The notes beneath the pieces were generated by a model that was not told the origin of the DNA, did not search any database, and worked only from the letters and a program-made list of their open reading frames with translations. Below, in pieces: positions 44,369 to 45,166 of a stretch of 45,166 nucleotides of DNA. Position 1 is the stretch's first letter, and each line of letters begins with the position of its first letter. Source of the stretch: Candidatus Roizmanbacteria bacterium CG09_land_8_20_14_0_10_41_9 (GTDB lineage Bacteria; Patescibacteriota; Microgenomatia; UBA1406; GWC2-37-13); assembly GCA_002774185.1 (NCBI GenBank), contig PEZG01000057.1, positions 1-45,166 of the forward strand, read 5' to 3'. The translations under genes and the position numbers were made by a program.

Positions 44369-45012
44369 GATTTCATGCTATATTTTTTTTTAATCAAAAT
44401 CAAGAGGTTATCAACGGCAAGTTGTGCGTTAATGTTATTGTTTTCCATGAGACGCTTTAGACGAATGATCTCTCTGAGGATGCCGCCGCTTCTTTCATCT
44501 TTTGCAAGTCGATTCCTAAAAAAGAGAATAAGTTGTATAAGGATGGCTGAAGCATCAGTCTTTGAAGTCGTGGTAAACGGCTGTCTCCCAAGAATGGAAA
44601 GGTCCGGATTTGTCACAAACTTCGTCAGAACTTTTTCTATTTCTCCATCCAGTTTAACGTCCTGGGATTTTGCAAGATGCAAGATTTTCGCGCGTGAGAC
44701 GATGGTCGGAAGAAGCGAATGGACGGTTAAAACGCATAAGATGAATTGGACGTTCTCAGGAGCTTCTTCCAACGTTTTTAGAAAGGCGTTTTGGGCTTCC
44801 AGCGAAGATAGGTGAAAATCCTCGAATACATAAGTCCGCCTGAACGGTTGGTAAATAGCAACCTCCTTAATCACCTCTTTGATTTGATCGAGGGAAAATT
44901 CCTCCTTTTTTCTCTGGATCCGCATCATCCTCTGTCCTTGGGTATTTTGGAGTGAATCCAAATACGATTCTAGAGCGGTTTTCTCATCCGTTACAACAAT
45001 TAGAGGGATCAT
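44362..45012 (-). CDS. holB: DNA polymerase III delta'-like clamp-loader subunit (short, no P-loop seen)
   Basis: AQNAFLKTLEEAPENVQFIL and TIVSRAKIL (SRC-type) blocks. No GxxGxGK(T/S) in the N-terminus. Start placed at the ATG at 45012 because the track start is TTG. Confidence 0.65.
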   Translation of the reverse strand: MIPLIVVTDEKTALESYLDSLQNTQGQRMMRIQRKKEEFSLDQIKEVIKEVAIYQPFRRTYVFEDFHLSSLEAQNAFLKTLEEAPENVQFILCVLTVHSLLPTIVSRAKILHLAKSQDVKLDGEIEKVLTKFVTNPDLSILGRQPFTTTSKTDASAILIQLILFFRNRLAKDERSGGILREIIRLKRLMENNNINAQLAVDNLLILIKKKYSMKSS

Positions 45013-45054
45013 GTGATATTTGCATTTTAACAAAAAAAACTATATAGTGAAAAT

Positions 45055-45166
45055 ATGAATCTCTCCACAAAACAATTGTTAGGACAACTCATAAAAAACA
45101 ATATCATTACCCAAGAAGAGGCAGAGAAATATGAGGTAAATAGTCTTCAAAAAAACCTTCCTATTT
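45055..45166 (+). CDS. Partial CDS (5' end only), possibly a PilB/GspE-type secretion ATPase N-terminal domain
   Basis: MNLSTKQLLGQLIKNNIITQEEAEKYEVNSLQKNLPI resembles the GspE-N/T2SSE_N start (LG..L...G.IT.EQL..A). Only 37 codons are visible. Confidence 0.35.
   Translation, partial: MNLSTKQLLGQLIKNNIITQEEAEKYEVNSLQKNLPI

Noticed and set aside
44375-44815. 146-aa plus-strand ORF
   Set aside because: It is antisense to the holB-like gene, with no motifs.

Overview
This 45.2-kb window looks like a streamlined, AT-rich bacterial chromosome of the Candidate Phyla Radiation (Patescibacteria) type. That placement is an inference from gene content, short tightly packed genes, a stand-alone divergent 16S rRNA gene, and many pilin genes. 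Most ORFs could be assigned.

Gene content, in order along the window:
- Housekeeping genes: rnj, recR, prs, ybaB, dnaX, a YbeY-like gene, rpsU, an archaeal-type CMP kinase, rseP, frr, tsf and rpsB.
- A low-GC patch holding a 5'-truncated epimerase pseudogene that abuts an 840-bp IS1595-family element, followed by galU.
- A nucleotide-pool neighbourhood: a DNPH1-like/thymidylate-kinase fusion, a membrane-anchored double AAA+ ATPase, dUTPase, an HD phosphohydrolase, an MTH1-like Nudix protein and a GHMP (mevalonate-type) kinase.
- tRNA-Val and tRNA-Ile.
- A soluble MgtE-N/CBS protein directly upstream of an NRAMP-related transporter whose metal-site motifs are altered.
- A stand-alone 16S rRNA gene with its own promoter and a bipartite processing stem.
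- mreB, then a pilin plus GT-C/Wzy_C glycosylation-type locus.
- A second IS1595 transposase next to a Panacea/SocA-like module whose partner ORF carries an in-frame TGA.
- rpmF-nusB-rnc-rpsP.
- A type-IV-pilus-like locus with pilMNO, six tandem pilins, holB and a partial pilB.

Observations I think most deserve follow-up:
- The MgtE-N/CBS plus NRAMP-related gene pair.
- The DNPH1-Tmk fusion and the eukaryote-like dNTP-sanitation set around it.
- The interrupted partner ORF of the Panacea module.
- tRNA-Ile nested between tRNA-derived fragments and complementary flanks.
- Two intergenic repeat families, one AT-rich and one GC-rich palindromic.
- Consensus promoters placed 4-6 nt from ATG codons, suggesting leaderless mRNAs.

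All protein-family calls come from motif recognition by eye. No searches were run.
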